The notes under the pieces: generated by a model
What the model was told of the DNA's origin: nothing
What the model saw: the letters and a program-made list of their open reading frames with translations, nothing else
The model's database searches: none
Translations under genes and position numbers: made by a program
Shown here: piece after piece, positions 9,475-20,300 of the stretch
How positions within the stretch are numbered: the stretch's first letter is position 1
How the letters are laid out: the number at the start of each line of letters is the position of its first letter
Virus record (IMG/VR): IMGVR_UViG_3300025137_000017
Span: 1 to 64,000 of that record
DNA length: 64,000 nt
Direction: 5' to 3' (one strand)
DNA from: a virus

Positions 9475-10282
9475 ATATTTCTTCTGTTAAGAACTCAGAT
9501 TCTTTGTATGCTAATAAATCATTAACCACATAGTTCTGAATCTTTACTTCTCCGTGGTCTCCTGGCCATACGTTTATGTAACTTGTCCATTGTTCATGTG
9601 ACCTACTTAGATAGTACTGAATTATATCCATGTCTGTATAGGAAAGTATCTCTTTATCCAATGGTGTTACTTTTTCAATTATATCCAGGAAGCGAACAAC
9701 AATAGTATGGAATATATTATTGTCGTATATGTCAGGAATATATTGTTCTTCAATTATTTCAAGTAGTGTGTCTCTGTTATTTTTTATTAGTGGATCAGCA
9801 AGTTTAAAATAATCTAATGCTAGATCACTCTTATCGAAATACATAAAGTCTGTATACACACCTTTTAACATGTACTTGCCATAAAATGCATAACGAGGAT
9901 CTTCAAACTGCATAACTTCGCCTCTGAAGTTTTTTATTTGTGTTGGTAAACATATACTATGATGTTCTATACAGTAATCAAATACATTTGTCATATCTCT
10001 TTGTACTAGTGTATAGGGTGATAACATTATAGTATATTCATAAGGTGTTGCCCACCAGGCCTGCCAAGTATGTTGATCCCATCTTGGAGCATCACTACCA
10101 AATGGATATTCAATAACATCATCAAATGGTTCTGCATAATCTTCACTAATAAAATTAACTATACTATCCACAACCATTGTAACACTTGCATTTGGATTAT
10201 TATTTTTAATACTGTATGCACTTGCACAGGCGGCTCTTTGATCAGCTGGTGTTTTTGTTAATATTAGATAGCCCTGGTTCAT
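9437..10282 (-). CDS. GT8-like nucleotide-sugar transferase with a degenerate DxD
   Basis: paralog of the next gene (ATPYEYTIML vs YSPYEQTLLL; MYFDKS vs VYFDRT); start set to ATG 10282 (ATGA overlap). Confidence 0.6.
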   Translation of the reverse strand: MNQGYLILTKTPADQRAACASAYSIKNNNPNASVTMVVDSIVNFISEDYAEPFDDVIEYPFGSDAPRWDQHTWQAWWATPYEYTIMLSPYTLVQRDMTNVFDYCIEHHSICLPTQIKNFRGEVMQFEDPRYAFYGKYMLKGVYTDFMYFDKSDLALDYFKLADPLIKNNRDTLLEIIEEQYIPDIYDNNIFHTIVVRFLDIIEKVTPLDKEILSYTDMDIIQYYLSRSHEQWTSYINVWPGDHGEVKIQNYVVNDLLAYKESEFLTEEIFDAQRTTFRISN

Positions 10283-11160
10283 GTATTGGTCTCCCAGATT
10301 TGTTTTGCATGTCTGGATAATGCACGTTTGTTCATGCAATGCAAGTCTTGATCTGTTATTTTAACAACAATGTTCTGCCATTGTTTTTCTGTGTCATTTG
10401 CTAACATAATCCATTCGTTATCTCTAACCTCTACTATGTCATCCTTCTGATCCATATTAATTAAACTAGCCGGAAAACTATTAATACTATCTCCAGGTGT
10501 CATTCCATTTAGGATATGTACTGCTATACTGACACAGTAGTCTGTTCTAAATAATCTACCGGGGAAGTTATATAGGTATTGATAAAAATCATAATTGTCT
10601 GCAACGTGAGCCCATAAATCAAAGAATAACTTTGATATATCTGTTCTATCAAAATATACAACAGTTGACCACCACATGGGGATACCAGCATCGAAAAGGA
10701 ATCTTTCTCTTGATCCGGGTAGTTCACTTCTTAGATTAACTGCATTATTAAACATACAAACACCTTCATAATGATCTAGACTATGTAGTAGATTATCACT
10801 ACGGATCATATAGTCAATATCAAGTAATAGTGTCTGCTCATAAGGACTATACTCCCAGATTTTATGTTTGTTGTTATTAAAGAAAGGAGCATTAAAACTA
10901 CTCCAGGGAGAGTCCCAATGTTTTCTGTGATTGGGTTTTAGTTCATCATCTGTAATAACTATGTTGTCAATAAACTTTTTAGCCTGAGCTACTCCTCCAT
11001 GGTTTTGGTTCAACCAGTTGTATGTACCAGCATCTGTAATTACTGTTACCGGTAGATTCAGATGTCGTTTAGACTGTGCCGCCGCAAGAATAGCCAGTTC
11101 TATATAATCAATTGCTTCGTTATTGTATGCAAAGAAACATACGCCCTTAGTTTCAGCCAT
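10279..11160 (-). CDS. GT8-like glycosyltransferase
   Basis: VTVITD, SPYEQTLLLDIDY DxD motif, WSTVVYF, FRTD and HCMNK. Confidence 0.7.
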   Translation of the reverse strand: MAETKGVCFFAYNNEAIDYIELAILAAAQSKRHLNLPVTVITDAGTYNWLNQNHGGVAQAKKFIDNIVITDDELKPNHRKHWDSPWSSFNAPFFNNNKHKIWEYSPYEQTLLLDIDYMIRSDNLLHSLDHYEGVCMFNNAVNLRSELPGSRERFLFDAGIPMWWSTVVYFDRTDISKLFFDLWAHVADNYDFYQYLYNFPGRLFRTDYCVSIAVHILNGMTPGDSINSFPASLINMDQKDDIVEVRDNEWIMLANDTEKQWQNIVVKITDQDLHCMNKRALSRHAKQIWETNT

Positions 11161-11507
11161 TACCAGTCCATAAGTTTTGTTACTGTACGTTGTTTTTTAA
11201 TTTTAATGTATTCAGCGTTCAGTTCATTGGTGGCACTAAAGTAAGCACTTGTTAGATTATCTAATAGGTTTTTAATATCATTAACTTCAACTGGATTATC
11301 TTTTGTATCAATAAGTATTGCACTTTTGTTACCTAGATCAATTAAAGTTTTTACAAAGCTGATAGTGGCTTCATCAGCAAAAAACACACCATTGTTATGA
11401 TGTACTATTCTCAGCTGGTTTATTCTGTTCTTGATGTTTTTCTTTTGATTAGTAATAGTCAAACTATAGTTGGAAAACTCAAGAGCTTTCTGTAGACGTT
11501 CGTCCAT
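11160..11507 (-). CDS. hypothetical phage protein
   Basis: RBS AAGGAG; first gene after the dual promoter. Confidence 0.75.
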   Translation of the reverse strand: MDERLQKALEFSNYSLTITNQKKNIKNRINQLRIVHHNNGVFFADEATISFVKTLIDLGNKSAILIDTKDNPVEVNDIKNLLDNLTSAYFSATNELNAEYIKIKKQRTVTKLMDW

Positions 11508-11537
11508 CTGTTTACTCCTTGAATAATATTATACTAT

Positions 11538-11545
11538 TATTTATG
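11538..11545 (-). promoter_or_regulatory. T4-like late promoter (CATAAATA)
   Basis: intergenic, upstream of the RBS for the gene starting at 11507. Confidence 0.6.
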
Positions 11546-11548
11546 TTA

Positions 11549-11577
11549 ATTATATGCTATGTTTATGAGGATGTCAA
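11549..11577 (-). promoter_or_regulatory. consensus sigma70 promoter
   Basis: TTGACA (11577-11572), 17-nt spacer, TATAAT (11554-11549). Confidence 0.85.
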
Positions 11578-11585
11578 GTAGTCTT

Positions 11586-12791
11586 TTAACTAGCTGTCCA
11601 GGCACTTACTTGAGCTACTTGGGGTTGAACCTTTTCATCAAATCTATATTGTGTGCCGTTTACTGTAAAGAAACTTGCATTTGAACCAATAGCACTATGA
11701 TCAGGAGTATTAATTGGTTGTAGGTTATAACAACTTGCTACTATAACAGTATCCATAATCTGTGTATCATCTGGATCGTCAGTTAGTTTAATTTTTGCAG
11801 TAACTTCAAAGTTCCCACCATTTTCAACGCCTTTATATATTACTTCAATTGCTCTGTCACCATATTGTGCTGATTCTGATCCTGGACTTCCGGACGGTGC
11901 GTATGCGTAACTGTATGCGTGTGCGTATGGACCAAAGCCACTTGCTGTAAACATACTTGTTTCTGTGCCGTTATGATTTAGGCCATAAAAGCCTCCATTA
12001 CCCAAACCGTTTGATCCTGTTCTATCAACTGAGTCTGCTTTAAAATGAATTTCTCCAATTGAACGGAAAATTTCTAACCAATCATCACTTCCGTTTGTGC
12101 CACCACCAACGCCGGGGTTAGTTCCTGGTCTGTTTGTGTTTGCAGGAGCGGCCGCATTGCCTTTTCCGTTTGACCAAGCACCTTGACCTGCTGTTAAGTC
12201 AACTACTATACTTCCACCGCTATTAAAGAAATGTCTTGCTTCTGTATAATTTGTAAATGTCCATTTGGCTTCACATGTAAGTGTGTTTTGCCAACCTGTG
12301 CCACCGTTACTAATATCAACAAAGTAATTTGTATCTGAGTAACTGTCTTCGCCACTAAGAGCTCCTAGTTCATGTTTATTTGTGTCAATAGTGCTTGTTA
12401 TTTCACCTTGTATTCCTAACCAACCCTTTGAGTTTAGACTTGCAGGAATTCCAGGTACTGAATTAGAACTATCAGCGTATATACTATCAATTGTAGCGTA
12501 TTTCACTAGTAAAGGTAAATCATTATCACAATGGTATAAGCCTGCGTTTATTTGTGCTACTAGATGGTTAACATCATCCGCTTCAATGAGAGCTGTAACG
12601 GCTACATCTGTTAAAGTGGTTGTTTGTCCCCATCCTTTACGTCTAACTAAATCAGTTGAATGGTTACTATCATATGTATATGCAATAACATTTCCGGAAC
12701 CATCCTTAGGATCTTTCCAAAACACATCATATGTGGCTGTGATTGCATTAAAATCAGATGCTGTGATAATACCTTTTTTGCTGACTGCCAT
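11586..12791 (-). CDS. virion structural protein (tail/baseplate associated)
   Basis: Gly/Ser/Thr/Asn-rich; EARHFFNSGG segment; lies at the end of the baseplate operon. Confidence 0.6.
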   Translation of the reverse strand: MAVSKKGIITASDFNAITATYDVFWKDPKDGSGNVIAYTYDSNHSTDLVRRKGWGQTTTLTDVAVTALIEADDVNHLVAQINAGLYHCDNDLPLLVKYATIDSIYADSSNSVPGIPASLNSKGWLGIQGEITSTIDTNKHELGALSGEDSYSDTNYFVDISNGGTGWQNTLTCEAKWTFTNYTEARHFFNSGGSIVVDLTAGQGAWSNGKGNAAAPANTNRPGTNPGVGGGTNGSDDWLEIFRSIGEIHFKADSVDRTGSNGLGNGGFYGLNHNGTETSMFTASGFGPYAHAYSYAYAPSGSPGSESAQYGDRAIEVIYKGVENGGNFEVTAKIKLTDDPDDTQIMDTVIVASCYNLQPINTPDHSAIGSNASFFTVNGTQYRFDEKVQPQVAQVSAWTAS

Positions 12792-12802
12792 GTCTTATAT
12801 CC

Positions 12803-13726
12803 CTATTTGGTGCCGACTACTACTTCTAATAAACCTACTGATTCTGACGTTTTATCTGCTAACGCTCTTCCAACAATACGATACCAATCTAACGCTTCTT
12901 GATGTTCGTAATCGCTGACTGCTCTAGCAACGCCAGGAGTTTCACTTGAAACCAAACGTTGTCCTTTGCGTACAGGACCAATTACTTTACATGGTACACG
13001 ACCTTCGAGTGCTATTGCAACACCTTCTGTTCCGCTATTCATTAAGTAAGCAGGATCTGTACTAACAATACCGAAAACTTCCGGACAAAATCCTTCAGTT
13101 GTCTGTGTTACTTCTGCTTCGCCACCAATTTTAACTACTGTACCCGGCTCATAATCTGCATCTGTTGTATACATTTCTGCAACGTCGGCGTATTGTGCTT
13201 GAGTGGCAATACCGTGAAGTTTAATTGCATCACTGCCTGCAGTCGCTGATGTTGGATTAAGATTTACGCCTTTGGCAATCTGTGTAGAACCCCATATTGC
13301 ATATAATGTTGCCGTATCGCCTACTGCTGTACTACTTAAAGTAAATGGTTGGTTACTAGATGTTACACTAACAACAACTCCGCCTACTGTATTAATTGAA
13401 ACAGACTTATCGGCGTCTGCGTTGTCTTTTACCACAGAGTTTTTGGCTCCGCCTGCTGGTAATCCACTCCATGATGTTCCATCAAAGTATTTGTATTCAT
13501 CTGAAGTTGTATTGTAATAAATCTGACCTTGTACTGCTGTTGCAGTTGATGGATCAGTTGCTTGTGCATGATTCTCTAATAAATGCAAGAAGTTTTCAGC
13601 AATATATTCGCCATAGTTGTAGAAATTCTTACCCACTAGAGATAGTTGTGTTGTTGCGTTTATTGTACCGTCACTAACCGAAATCGCTGCTTTGGCTGTG
13701 TTTGTAAAATTTACGTTATAAGGCAT
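12803..13726 (-). CDS. short tail-fibre / baseplate-attachment protein
   Basis: LVGKNFYNYGEYIAENFLHLLEN, GQIYYN and a C-terminal YADVAEMY..GRVPCKVIG domain seen in phage fibre proteins. Confidence 0.7.
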   Translation of the reverse strand: MPYNVNFTNTAKAAISVSDGTINATTQLSLVGKNFYNYGEYIAENFLHLLENHAQATDPSTATAVQGQIYYNTTSDEYKYFDGTSWSGLPAGGAKNSVVKDNADADKSVSINTVGGVVVSVTSSNQPFTLSSTAVGDTATLYAIWGSTQIAKGVNLNPTSATAGSDAIKLHGIATQAQYADVAEMYTTDADYEPGTVVKIGGEAEVTQTTEGFCPEVFGIVSTDPAYLMNSGTEGVAIALEGRVPCKVIGPVRKGQRLVSSETPGVARAVSDYEHQEALDWYRIVGRALADKTSESVGLLEVVVGTK

Positions 13727-13729
13727 TTT

Positions 13730-14329
13730 CTAACTCCCTGCTCTAATTCTAACTGTGTAGATCACTTGGATCTTTCTATTCGCCGATTTTTCGATCGGGT
13801 GGAATATAATATGAGAAATATAACTTCCTGTTTCAGTAATTAAACCAATCTCGTCAAATGCAAAATCACCTGTTAAGTTAGTTGAGTTATCAACTGTTGC
13901 TTGTGCGGCTGGTTCTGTGTAATCAAGTGTACTTGTGATTACAATGTCACTGTAAACTAATCCATCAAACTTTTGAACAGTTGTTGTGTTCTCATTGGGC
14001 AGTATTGCATCTGTACCATCAACAAGTTTCTCGTAAGTCTTGTTGTATAATGCTCCTGCCTCTGTGTCTGTGTTTGTAGATCTATATTCAATAGTGCCTG
14101 TACCATCAATAAGTGTTCCTCCGTTACCATAAGCCATCTTTTTAATTACATAGCTTAGTCCAGATTCTGCATCTACTTCTCCGCCTAACACTCTAGCCAT
14201 AGCCAAAGCCATGTTTGTAAAGTTAATAGCGTTATGTTTGTTTAATAATACTTCACCAGTGTCTATGTCTTTTATAAGAACGTGACCTTCAACTAAAGCT
14301 GATGCATTATCTTTAAGATTATTTTCCAT
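13730..14329 (-). CDS. baseplate/tail-collar-like structural protein
   Basis: KHNAI, YGNGG, FDEIGL, HIIFHPIEKS pattern; start set to ATG 14329 because a late promoter lies in the 5' extension. Confidence 0.6.
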   Translation of the reverse strand: MENNLKDNASALVEGHVLIKDIDTGEVLLNKHNAINFTNMALAMARVLGGEVDAESGLSYVIKKMAYGNGGTLIDGTGTIEYRSTNTDTEAGALYNKTYEKLVDGTDAILPNENTTTVQKFDGLVYSDIVITSTLDYTEPAAQATVDNSTNLTGDFAFDEIGLITETGSYISHIIFHPIEKSANRKIQVIYTVRIRAGS

Positions 14330-14352
14330 TTCCGTTTTACTCTCCGTTCTTG

Positions 14353-14360
14353 TATTTAGC
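14353..14360 (-). promoter_or_regulatory. late promoter (GCTAAATA)
   Basis: TAAATA core just after the giant gene's stop, upstream of a GGAG RBS. Confidence 0.55.
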
Positions 14361-14361
14361 A

Positions 14362-17300
14362 TTATAATTCGATACCTTTTGTACTTGCTTGTATTTGTGT
14401 TGGTATCATGTTAGTTGCTGTTGAATCCAATAGGCTTTTACCCAACTCGTTAATCAAAACCTCTGTTTGATATCTTCCTGTGCTTGGATTTGCACCGCCT
14501 GTTGTTATTCCTGAATCTATTGTTAACGCTGAGTCTGTAATATCAATAATTTTTGATGCAGTAGCGTGTTTCTTAGCTCTAGTAAGTCCAACACCTCTGG
14601 TTATGTTTTGTAAGTTGTTGCCGTTTACATCTCCATAGTGTATTATCTCACCATTAATATATGCAAAGCCTGTTTTACCAAACTTCGTTCCGTCTGTTAC
14701 CGGAATTGTTGTTAGTATAATAGTAACTTCTGAAGTAACAGTTGTTGCGTTTGTATCTTCTAAACTATAGGCCGCTAGAGTTAAATCATTATTCTGTTGA
14801 TATAATAGTGTTCTACTGCCAGCATTAACAGTTGATCCTGATGTATTAGTTATTACACTAATTGCTAGATCTTCCATAGTCTGTAGTCTAAATGTTGTTC
14901 TTCCATCGTGATCGTCTGCGTTTAGGAACACATCACTACCGATTGTATCTACTACTGCACTACTTGTAAATGCTTTTCCGACATAAGCATCACTAGGAGT
15001 AGTTGTAAAGTCGCCACCATTTACTACTGTGCCTGCATATTGAGCTTTGTTTTCATTTTTGGCATAATTTGCCACTATATTTTCCTGAACGTTGTGATCG
15101 TTTAGTCTACTTGTAATCATCATGTTTCGTGTCTGTTCAGTTATTGAAGTATCTGCTTTATCTAATATAGTATGTGCATCAAACACGTTGCGTATCTTTG
15201 AATGGAAAGGCTTAACTGTGTTTATGTATCCTATCAATTCATTTACACCATTCTTTCTATAACGTCTTAGCGTTGTTGATAGCGGTGTAGATAAACTTAG
15301 TTCCAAGTATGTTGTTTTATATACCCAGTCAACTGATTGTTGGTCTGCTAGTGCCTGATAAATCATTGCAAAGAAGAATAAGTTGAAGTTGTCCGAATAC
15401 TTGTCTATGAATATATCTTTTCTTAGAGCTTTAACAAAATAGTATGCAAAGATATCTGTATTGCCATCATACGCAATGCTATCCCATGCATTTTTATCCC
15501 ACGCATCAATGTTTGCTGGATTATAAATTGTATTATTAAATTTGATAGTGGCATTTTTCTTTTCTACCATTACCCATTCAGTACCATTCCAACTTTGAAT
15601 CTCATCTCTATCTAAACCATCTTTAACAATTTTAATTTGTACAAGTTGATGTTTTGTAGTATCAATACCAGAAAGTAAACTTGGTCTATTGATAATAACA
15701 CTAGGTATTGCATTTAGATTCTTATCAGCACTTACATAATCTGTCCATTCCCACATTGTAGTTAGATCATAAACAGTTGCTGCTCTTTTCCAGTTAGTAG
15801 GTTCATCAGTTATAAAATTAGCTGATGATGTATGTGCAACTTTACAAATATAAATTTCTCTTCTATATGCAACTCTGTTACCAACTACATAAGACTTACT
15901 TGCAGTCCAATCCGCTGTTGCTTTTTCACTTACTTCAATATCAATTACTTTGTTTGTAAGTCCAATACTTCTATCCCACTTGCCACCTAGATCTCCAATT
16001 AGATTCATACGCTTCATTAATCTATTTGCGGCACTAACCGCCTCACGTCTTGCATCAAGTGTATCTGTATACCAACTCTGTGCTATGGATCTGTCATCAC
16101 CATATCTATTGACCTCATGTAGGCTTAGGTTAGGTAACTCTATGCCTGTCGATAGTTGTCTACCCACAATATTATCTCTAACTCCCAAGTACCAATACTC
16201 TGGAATTACTCCGTTACCTTCTTGTAGTAGTGTCCAGTTTGAATGAGCACCATTGTCTAACTTTCTATTAACTTGTAATACTGTATCAGTACCTACATAT
16301 GCATCTATGTTTGATATAATTAAGTTTTCATCATCAATAGCCGCCGCCCAACTAATACCGTTTGCTGTAGGATCAGAAATAATACTTGCAAGGCTTTGAA
16401 CATTCATTCTTCTGTTACTTCGTGAAGGGACTGTTGTCTTGTCATATACCCAGAAGTAATATGCAGGATCATATAATCCAGTATTTGTATTATACTCTTC
16501 CAGCTGGCTGTAATAATAAACCTCTTCATTAAGTTCACTACTAAATTCACTAAATGCTTTACCAGTTGCTGGTTGTCCAAACATATCTAAGCCTGTGCTT
16601 ACTGCATTCTCCCATTCGTCTGGAGCAACGGTTGACTTTGTCCATTCATAAACTTTTATAATAGTACCAGGGAATAAGTTACCCCAATTATCTTTTCTAT
16701 ATTCTGCTGATCCCTGGCTATAATCATAATATACTAGGCTATTTGTATTCCACCATGTGGTACCAATACGTCCTTCGCCCCAGGCATTTTTATCATCTGC
16801 TTCATCAAACTCACCTAACGCTGTACTATGTGTATAAACAGCATGATCCAAAGGACTCTTACTGTCAATTTCTCTATCAGCAACCCCTGGGATAATCCCA
16901 ACAACCGGATCATATATTTCTAGTTCCACTTGTGTTGTCTTTGTATCATTGTCATATAGTACAATGTGATCTAGTTTAGCGTTTGTAGGTCTGGTTGTAA
17001 CTGTTCTAGTTGTGTTAAGTGTCCACGTTGTACCATCATAATCCCATCTATATGTTCCTCTGTTGGTTGGTACGTTTGCATCCGCCTGTGTTAAGTAATT
17101 AGTCCAAGCAATGTCGCCACTCTGCCATTTATATTTGTTTACGTTTGCTCCTGACCCTACAGTTGAATCAAGTGCTTCCTTGTGTTCGAAGCGACAGTTT
17201 CTCAATACATATACTTCTTGAGCACTACCACATTCCTCAATAAATCTGTCTATATAGAACTTGCTAGGATTGTTTAGATCTCCTAGAGCTGTTACTCTAT

Positions 17301-20300
17301 GAATTCCATCAATTGCTGGTTTAGTATTTGTGTTAACCAACATTACATAGTCGCCAATTTCTAATCCATGTGCAATTGGCAAGTTAGTTGAATCTGATAT
17401 ACTTACTTCAGCATCATTACCATCACTTGTTGCCGTGCCGGCACATATACTACATGAACTTGTGTATGTTATATTTCCACTTGCATCTAATATGTCATTA
17501 CCATCGGCATCAACTGCTTTACCTAGGGTATACCAACCAAAACTATGTGGTTGTAATACATTCCAGCCTTCATGTTTACTTTTAACTGTACCAGTTAAAC
17601 TATCATTGTTTATAATAGCACTATCGTCAACTACTTGGATTCTAAAACGTGTTGGGTCAAATGTTTCTACGTTCCAATCTGAGGCATCAAATACGTTAGC
17701 AATAATTGTTGCAGTTGCATATTGTATGCCGTCTTGTGGAAAACCTGCAGTTACATTCATTGGGTTTGTTTTTAAGCCTAGGTTAATATTATCATTTGTT
17801 GAGGTGATTGTCAACCTATTTCCTGTTGTAGTTGCTGTTACTCCAGCAATGTTGGCCGCCAAAATACTTGCGGCCGCTTCAGCTACACTACTTGGTCTCG
17901 CTGTATCTGTAAATGTCATCGGACCGTATGTTGAACTAAATCCATTCAATGGGCCTGCTGTTCCTGTAATAGTTAAACTATCACCTGAACCTACTGACGT
18001 ACTACTTGTTGGTGTCTTTGTTATAATTAATTGATCTGTGCCACTTACACTTGCAACAATATTTGCTGGCAAACTTCCGTTTGCGTTAATTAGGCCAGCT
18101 TGTATGGTTGGATTCATTGGACTGTCAACCGCACTCTGTATTAATGCTGGTGAGTATGTTGCTACACTTAATCCTAAATCTGTATTTGCTGTTCCGGCAC
18201 CAATAACAAGTTGTCCTGCCGCATTGTTCTGCACATCATATACAATTTTAATTGCTGTACCAGTGTCAGTTGCTACTAGTCTACCACTGGCATCACTTGC
18301 ATTAATTAGAGAAACAATCTGTGCTCTAGTTAAATTTGCTGTTGTACTAATTGGTATTGTACTACCATTATACATGTTAATAGTTGCACCGTTAATAAGT
18401 AAATTCTTACCTGTGTTGTCAGTAATTACTGGATTAGTTAGTGTTCCTGTTGTAATATGAGGATTGCCACTTTCTGCCGCTGAACTATCAACTTGATTCG
18501 TTAATGGCTGGTAACTCAGTGGTATTGACAAAGTATCAATAGTAATATCACTTGGAGAAGCTACTGTTTGTCCTGCCGTTCCTGTTGCTATTAGGTTGCT
18601 AAACACTCTAGTTGTTTCATCAAACCATATACTTGTGCCATCAATAATTGCACTAGCAGGATTACTTAAGGCTTGACTTGCATATTCAAATGTTGGGTTA
18701 ATCTCTGTACCAATAAATGTTAGATCAGTTGGTGTTGTGTCGTAACCAATACTCGCTGTTGCTAGTCTATAATAGACGCCGTCCTTACGAACTACATCTC
18801 TTCTTTTATAACTTGTTTGTCCATTCCATGTTGGTATAGTGGCATAATCCGCTGTGCTATCCCAAACTGTTCCGATATTTGTAACATCAAAAACTGCTTT
18901 TTTCACTTCTGAAACTATAACTTCGCCTGCTGTTCTAAATCTATTTTCTTGTTCTAAATGTGCTTGGAATGATATTTCCTCAAAAACATCTGATGTCTTT
19001 TTATTGTTTACCCAATCTGTATCTGCTACTGAACCAAATTTAACTAGATGCTTCTTTTGTTTGATTGTGCCAACATCTAAAGCTATTTCAGTTGCGTTTA
19101 CATTCTGTGTGTCTCCGAAGTGACTCATACGGAACATCCACTCTTCATTGAGTGCTACTTTACTGTCGCCACCATTTATTAGGTTGCTTCTAGCAAAACT
19201 TTTTGTTACTCTAGTTGTGCCTTTGTCTCTAATCATACCTTTGTAGAACTCACCAAATACGCTGTTTGGTAAATTAGTATCTGTAATCCAGTCTCTACCA
19301 TAGTTGCCAATAGTTAAACTTTCAGCTTTGGTTACTCCTTGATTTACATTCTCAATATCATAGTTATAGAAGTCGTCAATTGATTGTACACTAGTATCCC
19401 AATTTTCAACCACTTTTTCAGCAAACACTAGATACCCAGGAGCTCGTTTATTTCCGTCCCAGTCTTTTGTTCGTTGTCCTTCAATGCTAAGTCTATAATG
19501 TCTTTGATTGTTTACTGCATTATATAATACATCGTTGAACTGTGTAATATTTTTGAATACTGCCACATGTTCAAAGTCTACTTCTGCAAAACTAACACTA
19601 CCAATTTCCATAAACGTATCTTCATTTACTTTAACTGTTACACTGTCTGTAGTTCTGTCAACAAATGTTTCACTCTTATCAATTGCTTTACCTGATGTGC
19701 TTAGTAGTCCATTTGTTTTGTTTGGTAACTTATCAAATTCTAGAATATATCCGTGGTTCGCTTTGTAAGTTACTACACTTCCGAGGAATACTGTATGTAC
19801 ATCTCCGTCCTCTGCCGTTACTGCCCAGTTTGCCAAGTTCAATGCTTCAGCATCTTTATCTTCTTCAAACGTAATACCCTTTGATTCTAGGTATTGTCTG
19901 TTGCCTCTGATAAAATCATATATGTCTTGAATCTTTGCTAGTGTGCTTCCGAACTCAACTACACTTGATATAGTACTAAAGTTTTTATATTTCTTAACTG
20001 TTGATGAAGTTGTTACCTCAACATCAGTATAGTTTGTGTCTTTAATACACTCTAAAATTTTAAATCTCTGTTTGTTTGAACTTAGTCCTGTTATAATGTA
20101 GTTGATACCTGATTTAGTTATTTTAACATCACTTGCAGTAATAATATCTGTAGGAACACCACTATACATTTTTAGACTAAAGTCATTTTCGTTAATTCTA
20201 TATTCGCCACTAGGTCCACTTTCAGTTTTGAATGTTAGTAGATTCTTATTTGTAAATCCAGCTATCTTTTGTACTAACTGAGTATCCAAACTATAGTACT

